A stretch of 63,341 nt of DNA, filler included, from Asterionella formosa (taxonomy: Eukaryota): NCBI GenBank assembly GCA_002256025.1. It is 22 parts of 22 records of this genome, joined end to end, with 100 filler letters (N's around TTAATTAATTAA, not from the genome) between each part and the next. Parts side by side here need not be neighbours in the genome. Positions count along the whole stretch, not along the records: positions 1 to 2,791 come from NKIB01014822.1; positions 2,892 to 5,681 come from NKIB01014824.1; positions 5,782 to 8,570 come from NKIB01014825.1; positions 8,671 to 11,459 come from NKIB01014826.1; positions 11,560 to 14,347 come from NKIB01014827.1; 17 more parts are not named here. One strand, 5' to 3'. The translations under genes and the position numbers were made by a program. How positions within the stretch are numbered: position 1 is the stretch's first letter; every line of letters starts with the position of its first letter. The notes under the pieces were generated by a model, which did not search any database, was not told the origin of the DNA, and saw only the letters and a program-made list of their open reading frames with translations. Positions 1-12,760 of the stretch are shown piece by piece.

Positions 1-759
1 TGCTTGCTTGTTCCCTAGAATGTTTGTTGCACTTGACACAAGCTGATCTTGATTCACACATGCCATTCCAGTTTCATGTGAACCACAAACCACCATACTG
101 GCTAATGACATCAAATAAAATTTATTAACCAAGCTGATGGAACTTCCATCAGCACCGCCTCAGGTCAATGGTTTGCTGAAATGAGGCGCCCAGGAGCCAC
201 CTTATATTTAGTGAGAGGGTTGCAAAAATCCAGACAGACAGCTATTGCGATTTTGCGCAAAATCATTTTAATTTCAAGATTGATCGTTCTTCGAGGTTCC
301 AAGCTCGATATATTAAAATGTTCGATTTATGATTCCATTCAGACCAAAAGTAAACCAGAAACATAAATTAATCATATAGAAAATCAAAGATTATGTAAAT
401 ATGCACATACAATCATATGAATACAACAAACTGGTGGGATAGGAGGGAAAGTTGCTTCATTCTAAACAGCTAGCCTCAAGGGTGCCGACAATTCAAGCCC
501 AATTGCCCAAAACAACAAACTAGCTAAGAAACCTCATGACTGCCGAAATCCTCATCAAGCCATGATGTTTAAGTCTGACTTATGAACGACTATGTTCCTT
601 GCAAACAATATTTTTATTCCACTATCTAGGCAGTGCATCTTCCAAACCTCAATTCATTGTGTTATCAAATTCACCCTCAACAAAACCACCTTCCCCTAGT
701 GTCCAAGTTAGATGTTAAGTTTGTAGAGTTCCAAAATTATTTCATTCAAACATGATTAC

Positions 760-1146
760 AATGTCAAAATATTAAATTCTGGCAGGTTGAGCTTCATAGA
801 GGTCACATGTAGCCTAATGATATTCTCCATTTAATTCATGGCTATTATATTCAGCATTGAATATAGGATCTTCAGAGCAGCTTCTAATGTCAAAATATTC
901 ATTTCTGACAGGTTGGGCTTCATAGAGGTCACATGTAGGCTAATGATATTCTCCATTTAATCCATGGCTATTATATTCAGCATTGAATATATGATCTTCA
1001 GAGCAGCTTCTAATGTCAAAATATTTATTTCTGACAGGTTGGGCTTCATAGAGGTCACATTTAGCCTAATGATATTCTCCATTGAATTCATGGCTATTAG
1101 CTACATTCAGAATTGAACATAGTAGGATCGTCAGAGCAGCTTCTAA
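760..1146. repeat. Tandem repeat, three units of about 126 bp
   Basis: Unit AATGTCAAAATATT...GCTTCATAGAGGTCACATGTAGCCTAATGATATTCTCC...CAGAGCAGCTTCT starts at 760, 886 and 1012. Confidence 0.92.
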
Positions 1147-1423
1147 CTTATGATATGTAGTATGATAGCATTGGTGCCCCTCAGCTACAGCTATAACTAC
1201 TAGCTAGATAGTACAAGGTAGCTAATAACGATCATATTTTGGGTTACCCAGATTTGACGCATCTAGCTACTACCAAAACAGCCAATGAAATGTACCCATG
1301 ATCATAAACTCCTTGAATACACAGAGTATACATTATACATGAAAATGAGAAGACTCCATTGGAAAAATTCATGCGAATTTCTACCAACAAAGGCGTGGCA
1401 GACTACTACCCTGCTGGTACCAG

Positions 1424-1510
1424 AAAGTTGCGGTAGTTATGCTGAAACTAAAGATTAGCTATCTTTATCCTAGATTTAAATGTTATTTTAAGCGAAATGA
1501 CCGCAACTTT
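1424..1510. mobile_element. MITE family A, copy 1
   Basis: AAAGTTGCGGT...ACCGCAACTTT inverted ends; internal sequence shared with the copies at 10827 and 50705. Confidence 0.75.
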
Positions 1511-1659
1511 CAGTAGTCTATGCTGATGATTCAAACATTTGCAACTAAAGAAAATGAACATGGATTATTATGTATTTGAAATACAAACAAGGTGATAATA
1601 GGATTTCTAATCTCTGCATTGCATTTTACAATTAAGTTTCTTGCTTGTAGAACCTTATT

Positions 1660-2492
1660 GCTTCCATGGTCTTTTTTGATCGCTTCTATCGTTGTTTGTC
1701 ATTCCGCACTGTTGTTTTGATTCGATTGAATCTATCTACATAAGAACCAATGTATTTATCAATTAAAACTTTTTGAAGATTTGGTATTGTGCCATTGTTG
1801 ACCTTATTTGTTGATTTGTATAGTCATTGACCATGATGTCAATATTGCTGCCAAGCAATGCTTTTCTTGTATTTATGCGCTTTGCTACATTTCTACAATG
1901 AGTTCGTATCACAAGCTACGTATATTCAGCTTGAGGGAGTCGATAGTGCTGGAGCAGCCTGGCAATCACACTCAATCAGAATGGATTGGAATGGAATGAT
2001 GATCAGGGTTGTTTGGTGGGAGGAACGACTGTGGGCGGAAGGACTGCAACTTGTGCGTGTCAGGATACTACAGCGATGTGCATGGTTGCAGCAACCAGAT
2101 CATCTACACTACATGAAGATGCAGGTCTAAATTGGGTTCAGCTTTTTCCCTTCTTATTTTGGTCTTTGATTGTGTGGTGATGGAAATTAAATTGTCTGTG
2201 TAAGTACTACAATGTCACAATGGATAGTACGTCTCCATTGAAACTCCTATTTTTTGCTTCATTTCTGACCCAGAACAATTTTTCTATTTCTCATTTGACG
2301 CTACTTATTACATGGCATTTCATCCTTTGGTTGCTCCACTGTTATTCTGGCTGTCATGCTAAAATCGGCAATTTCAATGCCGAAAAATTCGATGTGCCCC
2401 ATATTTCCCTACATAAAAATTACTTAATCCCTAAAAATTAATTAGAACTACTGTACCCGAATTATAAGACGATAGCTGGAGCGGGAATTGCT
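1660..2492. mobile_element. End of unclassified DNA element family C (terminus ...GATAGCTGGAGCGGGAATTGCT)
   Basis: About 800 bp homologous to 31860-32781 and 53015-53840; homology stops at the same base in all copies. Inner boundary approximate. Confidence 0.8.
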
Positions 2493-2791
2493 GACGCATG
2501 CACGGATAATTATTAACAAATTCATGAGAAAAACAGGCGCCCTGTTGAAGTACAGCAGACGTCATAACATGTTTTTTCTTACAAAAATTGTTTTAGAATT
2601 TACCGGTGCGATAATAGCTATCTCAATGTATGAGATTGGACTATAGTCTGAAGGTAATCTAACTAACAACGTACTTTCGGAAGTAAATTCTAGATATTGT
2701 GAGTTAGATTAATCTGTACTATATTGACTTTGGGAGTCAAAGAGTAATCGAAACTGATGGCAGTTGACACATTGGAACAAGTGTGGATATA

Positions 2792-2891
2792 NNNNNNNNN
2801 NNNNNNNNNNNNNNNNNNNNNNNNNNNNNNNNNNNTTAATTAATTAANNNNNNNNNNNNNNNNNNNNNNNNNNNNNNNNNNNNNNNNNNNN
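2792..2891. other. Artificial contig linker N44-TTAATTAATTAA-N44; first of 21 (others start at 5682, 8571, 11460, 14348, 17236, 20123, 23009, 25895, 28779, 31663, 34546, 37428, 40310, 43192, 46074, 48955, 51834, 54712, 57589, 60466)
   Basis: Identical 100-nt spacer with stops in all six frames. Intervening contig lengths fall steadily from 2791 to 2776 bp, i.e. size-sorted concatenation. Confidence 0.98.
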
Positions 2892-5681
2892 GTCAGGTAT
2901 TGTTCCATTGAGAAAGTTACTTGTTACGTGAAGCCGGCGAAGGTCAGTGGCCATTTCGAGACCTTCAATTGATTGCAGGCCAGTCGCCGAAAGTTGCAAC
3001 ACCTGCAGCATTGACAGGACTGAAATTTCCTTTAGATCTAGCGGAACATCGTTACCCGTGAGATCAATAGTTTTCAGGTAAGGAAGTGAGAAAAAAAGCT
3101 TCGAAACATCACTGATTGATGTGGCTTCAAGGTTGTTTTGAGCTAGATTGATTTCGACGACACTGCCGGCGACGTCGCACACAATACCAAACCACTTGCA
3201 AACACTGGTATCTGAAATCCAATTTGTATTATCATTCCAATTGGTCCCGTTGAGTAGCTCGAACAGAGTCATCAAAACCGATTGTTCAAAGCTTGTCGAT
3301 TGTGATACACAATGAGTGCTTCCGAAATAGGGGGCTTCAGCCGTTCCGTTCGGGCATTGCGAACACTTCGCCGATGCACTAACTTGGCGCCCGCTCTTAA
3401 GGGCTGTTGCAGGGGGACAAAGGAGCGCATCACAGCCAAGCGATCCCACATTACCTTCCATCCATCCTGCAATATTGGTGGAGGAATTGCATACTCCAGT
3501 TACATTGGTGATCTTATTTCCAGACAGGTCAATGAAAAGACTGGAGAATTCCACCAGGTTCGAGGGAATTTCACCTTCGAGTTGATTATTTGACAATAAG
3601 ACCTTGATCGACGCATTTCGGGCAACACCCGCAAGAAAGTCGATCGGAATAGTTCCTTGAAATGCATTCCCGCTGAGGTCGAGTTCAGTTAATTCTGTGT
3701 TGTTCTTAAAATTAAAAAGTGGACCTGTCATCTTCTTTGTCCCATCTTGTGCCCCAAGCATTAAACGCTGTAAGTTGACGAGAAAGTCAATTCCAGTGGG
3801 CAGAACGCCGGAGATTTTGTTGCCTTGTAAGTCAAGCTGTATGAGACTAGTCAACAAGGTTAACTCTGTGGGGAGTTGCCCAGTTATGTCATTGTTGGAC
3901 AAAAACAATTTTTGAAGACTTGACATGCCAGATATGGCACTTGGAATGCTTCCTGTAAAAAGGTTGCTTTCGGCATAGATCGTCGTCACGCCTTTAAGAG
4001 AGAAGAATTCGTCCGGAATAGTACTGCGAGAAATGTAAGAGAGTTTGAAAACACAAAGGTTTCAGGCGAAAAAAATTGAATAGACTCACCCTGTCATCTG
4101 GTTGTTAGCGATATGAATTTCGGTTAGCTTCGCGGGAGCTGATCCGATTCCTACAAGTGATTTGATACTGGTGTTTGACATTTCCAGAGTTTGAAGTTTC
4201 GTGGCATTTGCAAAATCAGTAAATGTTAGGTCAACATCGTTGTTGGTAAATCCAAGCAGCCGAATGTATGGCAGCTGGAAGATTTCCGAGGGTATCAGAC
4301 CCTGTAGACCATATCCATTTAGACGCAATTCGCTGACACCGGAATCACCCCATTGGTTTACCTCGCAAATAACACCTTCCCGTTGGCAGATCGGGACCCC
4401 TGGCTCCGTCCAGTTCTTGGACGACTTCCAGTAGGACCCACCTGTTGAAATGTACAGATTGTCCAAAATTTCTTTTTCTTGGTTCATGGTTAAATTCTGA
4501 GCACAAACTGTAGATCCCATGTATTCGTTGCCATTACAAGTTTGACATTTACTGGCTGCGCGAGCACTGGCCCTTCCATAAAGGTTCCAAGTATTGGAAG
4601 GACATAGGATGGCGTTGCAACTCTGGAGCAGTCCCACTTCTCCATTCATCCACATCGACTTCTTGCACAACTCTTGAGCAACCTCAGTGATCTGATTGCC
4701 TTCAAGCTCTATGTCGACATCAAGAAACGCAGCCAACTCAGGCGGGATAATACCAGTGAGTTTATTGAAAGAAAGACCTATCTTCATATGCTGGGATTTG
4801 TTAGCTACACCCTCCAAAAATGTCGCTGGGATGGAACCTGATATTTGATTGGAGTCTATGGAGAACTCAATCAAATTGGTGAACTTGTCAAATGCTGGGA
4901 GAGTACCTTCCAAATTTCCGAAAAATTGATGGACGTGAAACTTCTCTAATTTTACCAAATCACTAACTTGCGTAGGCAAGGTACCAACAAATGCGTTTTC
5001 AGAAATGTCCAGGGTGCGGAGGTTAATCAACAATCCCAATTCAGTGGGGATATTCCCATTTAGGTCATTATTGTAGAGGTTCAGGCTGATTGATGCCTTC
5101 GTGTTAGAAGCACAATCACATAATTTGGGACCGCATCAACGCAATAACTTACTCTGTCAATTTTGTGAGGAGTCCGATTTCGCTTGGGAATGTACCCGTC
5201 ATGTATGTAAAAGGCATTTGCAAACTTTCAAGATTTATCAGACCAAAGATTTCATCCGGAAAAGATTTTATGTCAAGGTCAATTCCTTCCAGTACTAGCT
5301 GCTTCAAACTCAAACCCAATGAAAGTTGGTTTAAATTGCCAAGCTTCGCACCAGCGAAATTGACGTATTCGAGTACTTTGGCATGTGCAATCGAGGAGAA
5401 GCCCGTAATCGAGTTTGGGGCGACAGCATTTCTTGACAGATCCAAGCGCTTGAGTGCAGGCAACTCGAATATCAGGGGTGGAATTTGACCCGTCAAACCA
5501 TTATTGCTCAAATTTATTTCTTCCACGAGATTCTGTGTATTGCATGTGATACCAAACCATTTGCAATAATTTAATGTCGACCCGTCGAGGGCCTCCAGTG
5601 CGGTCACTTGCAGAAGATTATCCAAAACGTCCCACCCAGTCCTATTAGCCCACTCCACCCCTCTTAACTCCACGTAGAGCA
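2892..5681 (-). CDS. Large leucine-rich-repeat protein, internal fragment; exons 5681-5153, 5085-4090, 4023-2892
   Basis: Plant-type LRRs (LxLxxNxLxGxIP), repeated LRRNT caps (CKWFGITC, CKWFGIVC) and Cys-rich linkers (CNAILCP, CDALLCP). GT-AG introns at 5086-5152 and 4024-4089 join the three ORFs in frame. Confidence 0.92.
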
Positions 5682-6546
5682 NNNNNNNNNNNNNNNNNNN
5701 NNNNNNNNNNNNNNNNNNNNNNNNNTTAATTAATTAANNNNNNNNNNNNNNNNNNNNNNNNNNNNNNNNNNNNNNNNNNNNACAAGCCTGACCGAACTGT
5801 TTGCTTCCGATTAAACGCTCAGTGGATCCAAATCGAATTTCTCCTCCCATGTACTATTCTTCCTCGGCTATGATGATACAAACCCCAAATCAAATTTCGC
5901 TTGGCTTCAATATGAACTTGTTGGATTAATTGTAATGATAGATTTTATGCAACAACTCAAAACATAATGCTCCGCCCTCCTTGCTTGTTCATACAAGTGG
6001 ATGAAAATCTTAATATTTTTCGATTTGAACAGTCAGCAGACTCAAACTGACTTTTGCATTCCATTTGAATCATTAGCCTTCTTCATAGCGACCAAATGAC
6101 CTGCTAGCAAATCAAACCAGTATGTTTGTACTTTTTGGACTATTCGGTGCCAAAAAATCTTAGCAGGTCCCAACTGAATATTGATTTCGATCTGAATTGC
6201 ATTTCATTGTCACGATGTGGGATCATATCCAACACCTCGAAATAGCATGATGTTGGTACCTGTCAAGAATATAGTATCAATGGCTATTATAAGTCACGAG
6301 AATTGTGGACTCGATTATAGTCCGATGAATCACATGGAGCATTCCCATGTCAAGAATCTTGCTAATGAGATTGATGTTTCAGATCAATCAGAAGAAGTTT
6401 TGCATCAACGAAAAGGGAACACGAAGAACAGGTTCTCATAGTGTAATGAATGGGATTGAAACTAGTTTTATTAGAGTAAGCTTATTATTTTAAGAAACAG
6501 TGAGAATTTGACAGAGAAAGGTCAAACGCGAAAACTAGACTAGAAG

Positions 6547-6730
6547 GTGGGGAATTTTAGGTTAAATTAATTGCTCCTGAGGGTCATTTTAGGTTATTCC
6601 GCACCTAAAATTCAGGAAATGATTGAGAATATTTTCTCGTCCTACAGACAAATGTTGGTACAAGGCTACAGACGAAGTTAAACTTCCTTTTCAGTTCTTG
6701 GAATTTTAGGTGTGGGAAAACCTAATAATG
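6547..6730. repeat. Dispersed repeat of about 185 bp; reverse-complement copy at about 52238-52424
   Basis: GAGAATATTTTCTCGTCCTACAGACAAATGTTGGTACAAGGCTA and its flanks match the reverse complement in another contig. Confidence 0.85.
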
Positions 6731-9396
6731 ACTCCCTGCATTCAATACTTTTGTACAGTGTAAAACGGATGACGGATTCTGATGGTTCATACCGTACTTA
6801 GCTTGAGGTCGGTACGTGATGCATTGGATGTACCGGTACCCTGGTACTGGTACCAGGTACCTGATACGCACCTGACATGGAGCATTGATGTACCGGTAGA
6901 TAAATAGAGAATTATACTGGACGGTAGTTATGACTTACTATGATATTATGGAGTGCTAATACCGGTACGAGGTACCAGGTACCTGGTACCTGATGGATGC
7001 GCATACATACATGTCAGTACGTACTGGTGTGTTGTAGAATCTTGTCAGCATGAACTTTTCTTTGTCCTTGTCATTAAATATTGCGAAACCATCATATGAT
7101 CGGTCTACAGTTTGCCACGGCTCACCTTTGTCATTGCTAGCTACGGATGTGCTCATTTGTATGAGGCGACGATCGATTATCGCAGCAATCAACCGAAGTC
7201 CATGCTGTCTCATCAATCTCTGAAATACTAGCTAGTATGCAGCAAAATTGCAGGTGAACTTTGGATTGTAGTATCTTGTGATAGTTGCATGTTGGTAATG
7301 CGACCACAATTCTAACAGCTCGTTGCATGTGTGAATGTGATTTTAAAATAGAATGTTGATGACTAGATATCATGACAGCCATGAAAATGTTCGTTTGATT
7401 ATGTAGTCGTCTGATTTGTTCTGTTTACCATCCATGCCTAGTATAGAGTCATACGTCTTCGTTTTCGTCGCCAATTCAAGCCCAATTGATTGCCCGCTAT
7501 CATCGATTAGCCGCCCTGTTCTTATTGCTAAAAAAACCCTTCGAACGTGTTCGTCTATTATTCACCGATTTCAAGTTTTTAAACTCTGGCGCATTTTTGA
7601 TCGTTGAATTGAATCAAGCTTTCTGGCTTCTCTATCACCATGTCATGCAAATTTGTCACTGAGGGTCCACCATTTGTTGCAAACTGATAAAGCAGCGGGC
7701 AGTTAAAAATTCACACAAATAGCATGATTCTTTGATGGATTTAAGAGATGATTGAACTCGCTCCATAAGCCTATCATTGAGGCTTCATCAGCGATGCAAG
7801 GAGTGCATGAAGCTAAACTCACAATGTGCAAGATTATTCAAACTAGCTAGCAGTATGGATAAATCTACTACTAAAGATTACAATGTTAACATCGAAACTC
7901 TGATTTTGAAACTTTGATGCTAATGAATTGCTACTAGTAGTTATTGAAATGAACAAAGGAATTAATTTGGTTCAAGCAGTCAACCGAAGAATCAGGCCAC
8001 GATTGTTGAATGTTGTCAACAATTTTCAACAGAACAAGTAGTACTTACACTACTAATAGCTAGCTATTCATTTCATCTACATTCTATCATTTGGTTGAGG
8101 TTGAAATGAAGTGATAGTGAGTCGTAATTTACATATTGTGTGTATACTATAGTTACAATATTTTTTGTCATCTGCTCCGCCCTGCAACGTATTATCAGTA
8201 CTTTCTGTATTAGGTATGGATGGGTGTGGTCCGCCCGAGGTAGAAGTCGTTCTCGTGTGTGCATTTTGTACCGACCATTTTTTAGGTGTCGGTTTGACCT
8301 AAAATTCAGGGTGTGAACAAGAAGGCTAGCAACAATAGGTGTAAGTACTAGTACTGCAAGAGGTAAGGTCTAAGTGAGGAGATCTACCCAGACGCGGGAA
8401 GGAGTACGAAGCTTCTAACAGGTACCCTGGTACCAGTACAAACCGAGTGAACCGTACAAATTCATGCACGATTTCATCCATATTCATTTTAAATACCCGG
8501 TATATATTCATTTTGTAAGGCACTGCCCAATTGGCAAACGAACGGATTCTGGATTCCGTCCTGTAATGCCNNNNNNNNNNNNNNNNNNNNNNNNNNNNNN
8601 NNNNNNNNNNNNNNTTAATTAATTAANNNNNNNNNNNNNNNNNNNNNNNNNNNNNNNNNNNNNNNNNNNNTATTTGTAAAATCTTGTGCCACTTAGCATA
8701 CAATACCCTTGATCATATATTCATGATAGTTTTTATTTACAGACGATGTCAATAGTACATGCCAACGAGATCAATTGTTGGGTTCACAAAGACTAAATGA
8801 TTGCCTCCTCCCCTAGCAGGATACCACCAATCTCGACCAAAACATTGAAAATGCTCTTGTTGAATCAATGAACCACTATTAGAAAATCACTGACAAAAGT
8901 TTGTTTTTTAATCTTTCAGTATTTTTTTTAATCAAAGAGTTTTGTTGTAAGATATAAATGAAATTTGTTGAATGGTTTATTGATTTGAACTTATGTGATC
9001 ATTGACTGACACATGATTTTACAGAATTATGCGAAAACTTCATCGATTTCTGGTAAGTGGAGCATGCCAAAATGGTACTGCAGTACAGATTGCGTTATAC
9101 ATGTTTGATTTATATGTGAAGAGTATGTGTTTGATTAGTCTGACTGAATATTATTTTCTTAACCCTACCTCGAGCTAGGGGTTCAAATGCAGCAACCTTA
9201 AATCGAACAAACTCAGGTATGAGCCTAAAATCTATTCTATCAGTCAAAAGAGGTGTAAGGACAATTTTTCTTCACATTAAAATGTAGTTTACTGCACCTC
9301 ATCAGCATAGAATGAGGGCTTTTCAAAACAGATACTGTTGATCATCTGAACAAAAAGGTATTAGCTCCAACAACTGCTTATAAGTCTCATTTATGC

Positions 9397-10504
9397 TCAT
9401 TTACCATTCTTGCTGCCCTTGCCACCCTTGCTTCCCTTGCCATCCTTGCTTCCCTTGCCGGAGGGCTCCAGGTAAGTAGTAGGGCAGATACGTGTTACCA
9501 CACGACCATTGAGAGCTTGAACAGGACGACTGGTAGATCCAGAATCAGAAGCAATGCTGGCTATTTCGCAAGTTGCAGAATCTCTGTACTCCAAGATAAA
9601 ATTACTCAAGCGAGAATATTGTGCAACCGAGATAGACACAGGGGTATCAGCAAGGTTCCACCAAACAACTTCAGAGCAAGGCGGAGTTGTGAGGCCACCA
9701 TCATAATGGTAGAAAGTCGAGCCCTTAGGGACTAGGCTGTAGGCATCAAACTGTTGAAGGCTGCGACGATCGCGTTCTAGCACACGCTTCCCTCCCAAAC
9801 GGGAAGAAGTGGAACAAGTCTGTGTAGTCTGCTTAGCAATGGCAGTCCAGCCCTCCACAAAGTACTCAAAAGACGCATGATTCTCAGGGTTTTTGGCATC
9901 AAGCATCATACCAACAACAGCATATCGATCTCCATCTGTCTGCTTGTGGACGATGTGTAGCTCAGCGCCAAAATATTCACCATCAATAGTGTGTTCAGAG
10001 CTCAAGTGAATGTGGAACTGAAGGGCTTCATAAGTTCCATCCACACCAGGGATTTGAATTGTATCCTTGGTGCAGTCCCCAGAGAATTCAGCCTTGACAC
10101 CACCACTGCTAATGGCGAAAGTCATGTCAGCAATGGTGCAATCTCCATTCTGTTCAAAATGGGAAATAAGGGGTTGAGTTTAGGAAGGTCACTATTGGCA
10201 AATTAAGTAAAGTATGCATCATTCTCTTGTTGGTGGGTTCTTCGTTACCCATCACCATGATAATAGAACTATTGAGTTAACTTACTGTAAAAATGTAATC
10301 AGCTTTCACATCACAAGCAGAAGTCTCGACAGCAATGGGAGAGTTCTTCTTCCCATTGCATGAGTTGTTGTCGATCGGTAGACTTCCCCAGTTGGATGGA
10401 CCATAAGGGCTGTCATGGTGATAGTCATATTGGCCTGATTCTGATCCAAGGATAATAGTAGGTGTGGCAAGAAGGGTAAGGAGAGCGAAGCAAGAAGCGA
10501 ACAT
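9397..10504 (-). CDS. Secreted alpha-carbonic anhydrase with Lys-rich C-terminal tail; exons 10504-10286 and 10149-9397
   Basis: Hydrophobic signal peptide; YGPSNW and NSPI N-terminal motifs; Zn ligands in QFHIH and ELHIVH; GGLTTPPCSE. Phase-0 intron 10150-10285 (GTAAGT...CAG) joins IFT to NGDC. Confidence 0.95.
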
Positions 10505-10826
10505 TTTGTATATGCCGGTATGATGGTTTTGTGCTTTGAAGGTGAAATGTGAGCAGTAGTAATCAACACAAAATGAATCGATAGTCGCTTGTCGATGAGA
10601 TCTGTAGACTTCTACGGCCCATAGAATATGGAGAAGTATTCATTTTCGCAGCATGTCAGTACTGAGAAAATCCCATCTGTTGCTTGCTTTTGATCCCAAA
10701 ATGATATACAGGTATCTATTTATTCGTACTTACATGAAAATACTGTATGACGAGCTTTGAAATTTACTCGGTACCGGTACCTGGTACTCCTGGTACCAGG
10801 TACAGTATGAGTGGCTAATCTTACAT

Positions 10827-10921
10827 CAAGTTGCGGTAATTTTGCTGAAACTAAAGATTTAGCTATCTATATTTTTTAGATTAAAAGTTAGGTTACGCAA
10901 AATGACCGCAACTTGCAGGTA
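10827..10921. mobile_element. MITE family A, copy 2
   Basis: CAAGTTGCGGTAATTTTGC...GCAAAATGACCGCAACTTGCAGGTA inverted termini. Confidence 0.8.
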
Positions 10922-10999
10922 CATAGGAGTGTCCTCTTTGAAACATAGAAGTAAGAAAAGCACGGTATTCAATCTGTAAGTGCACGACCCTTTCTCAGT

Positions 11000-11311
11000 A
11001 CGTCACTCATAAATTTGTTTAACGTGGTTTACTTGATTTCTCAGTACGGAGACCCCTACTGTACGTCACTTTCTTAATGACTTTCACTTGTAAATTCATT
11101 TTAGGTGGTGGACGTGATATACGTGAAGACTACATCACTATCTGAGTACGTCACTGCCTCAGTACGTCACTGCCTCAGTAAATTTATTTAACGTGTTGAA
11201 CGTGATTTTCTCTGTACTAAACGTCACATAATCAGTACTGAACGTCACTTCCCTTGCACTAAACGTCACTTCCCTTGCACTAAACGTCACTTCCCTTGCA
11301 CTTAACGTCAC
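11000..11311 (-). promoter_or_regulatory. Cluster of nine co-oriented GTGACGT (ACGTCAC on +) motifs, partly in 16- and 21-bp tandem units, 500-800 bp upstream of the CA start
   Basis: ACGTCA at 11000, 11063, 11148, 11164, 11221, 11242, 11263, 11284 and 11305. The motifs are certain; the regulatory role is inferred. Confidence 0.5.
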
Positions 11312-12319
11312 TTTCTCAGTTCAACGCTTCATGCAGTAAGGTAAGTATATTGGGATGGACGGGAAACTATCAGGGCGGAAGGAGGAACGAGCACTTGCAA
11401 ACGGACCGACAGATGTTGTTTGACAGAGAAACTGGGGATTTAGATTACCGGTACCGGTANNNNNNNNNNNNNNNNNNNNNNNNNNNNNNNNNNNNNNNNN
11501 NNNTTAATTAATTAANNNNNNNNNNNNNNNNNNNNNNNNNNNNNNNNNNNNNNNNNNNNTTTTGTCAGTTTTATTCCAACAGAAGTGAATAGGTCCAACG
11601 AGCGACAAGAGCACTTACGCAATTTGGTTTTGTTTTACATTGGTGCTCCCCAACAAGCGAAACGAGCTGTTGAATCAACTGAGAAAAAAGGAAATGTGCG
11701 TTTAGTTAACAATTTGTTGTTGTGCTGCCTGCCTGCCTCCCAACGATTGTCATCCAAATACCACATTGATGGCTTCATCACCTTAATCATTCTCCATCCT
11801 TCGAATGCGCAATGTGTCGAAGCCACAATGTTTTTCGTTATGTATTGCGTAAACTTTCTTTTCTTGTCATGTGCTTTACTACGACGTATCTTTTCATGAA
11901 ACAGCAGGCATTGTTTGTTAACATGACAGAACGATTTCAAAAATATATATGCCATGAATATAGTAATAAAATTTGTAAATATATATATATATATATTAAG
12001 TGTTATACATTTATAAAATTCAAAGGCGCTCTCGATATGGAACATCTGATATGGTTGAGATGATCATACTCGCATAAACATAATTCGAAAATTTGTTTGC
12101 ATCGATATTTTCTACGTCCGTTGAAACTAATTATTTAGAACGTTCAATTGCCGAAAGGGTTTTGGTAGCAAATTGTTTAAGCCCCTTTTTTGCGCGGGAG
12201 CTCTTCATGTGTACCGGTACATCATATGACAATAACAATATATCATATATATATACAGAGTACCAGTAGCAGGTAGTAAGTGATATACTGGGGGTAGTCG
12301 GAGTAGTAAACTAGCAACA

Positions 12320-12760
12320 GAACACCATATGTTCAGGACTGTTGCTACTGCAGTGGGACAGTAAATCATCATAGTTTTAGGATCGTATGATCGTAAAACT
12401 AAAAACCAATAGAAAATCATATGTTCAGGACTGTTGCTACTGCATTCGAACAGTAAATCATCATAGTTTTAGGATCGTATGATCGTAAAACTAAAAACCA
12501 ATAGAACACCATATGTTCAGGACTGTTGCTAATGCAGTGGGACAGTAAATCATCATAGTTTTAGGATCGAATAATCGTAAAACTAAAATTCAATAGAACA
12601 CCAAATGATCAGGACTGTCGCTACTGCAGTGGGATAGTAAATCATCATAGTTTTAGGATTGTATGATTGTGAAACTGAAAAGCTGTAGTCGGAGTAATAA
12701 GCATGCAATAGAACACCATATGTCTATGACTGCTGCTACTGCAGCGGGAAAGTAAATGAA
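12320..12760. repeat. Tandem repeat, about 92-bp unit, four full copies plus a diverged partial copy
   Basis: CATATGTTCAGGACTGTTGCTACTGCAGTGGGACAGTAAATCATCATAGTTTTAGGATCG recurs in units starting near 12321, 12412, 12504, 12596 and 12712. Confidence 0.92.

Noticed and set aside
12320..12760. 92-bp array (and the 126-bp array at 760-1146) as a possible CRISPR
   Set aside because: Whole units repeat with no unique spacers, there are no cas genes, and the context is eukaryotic.
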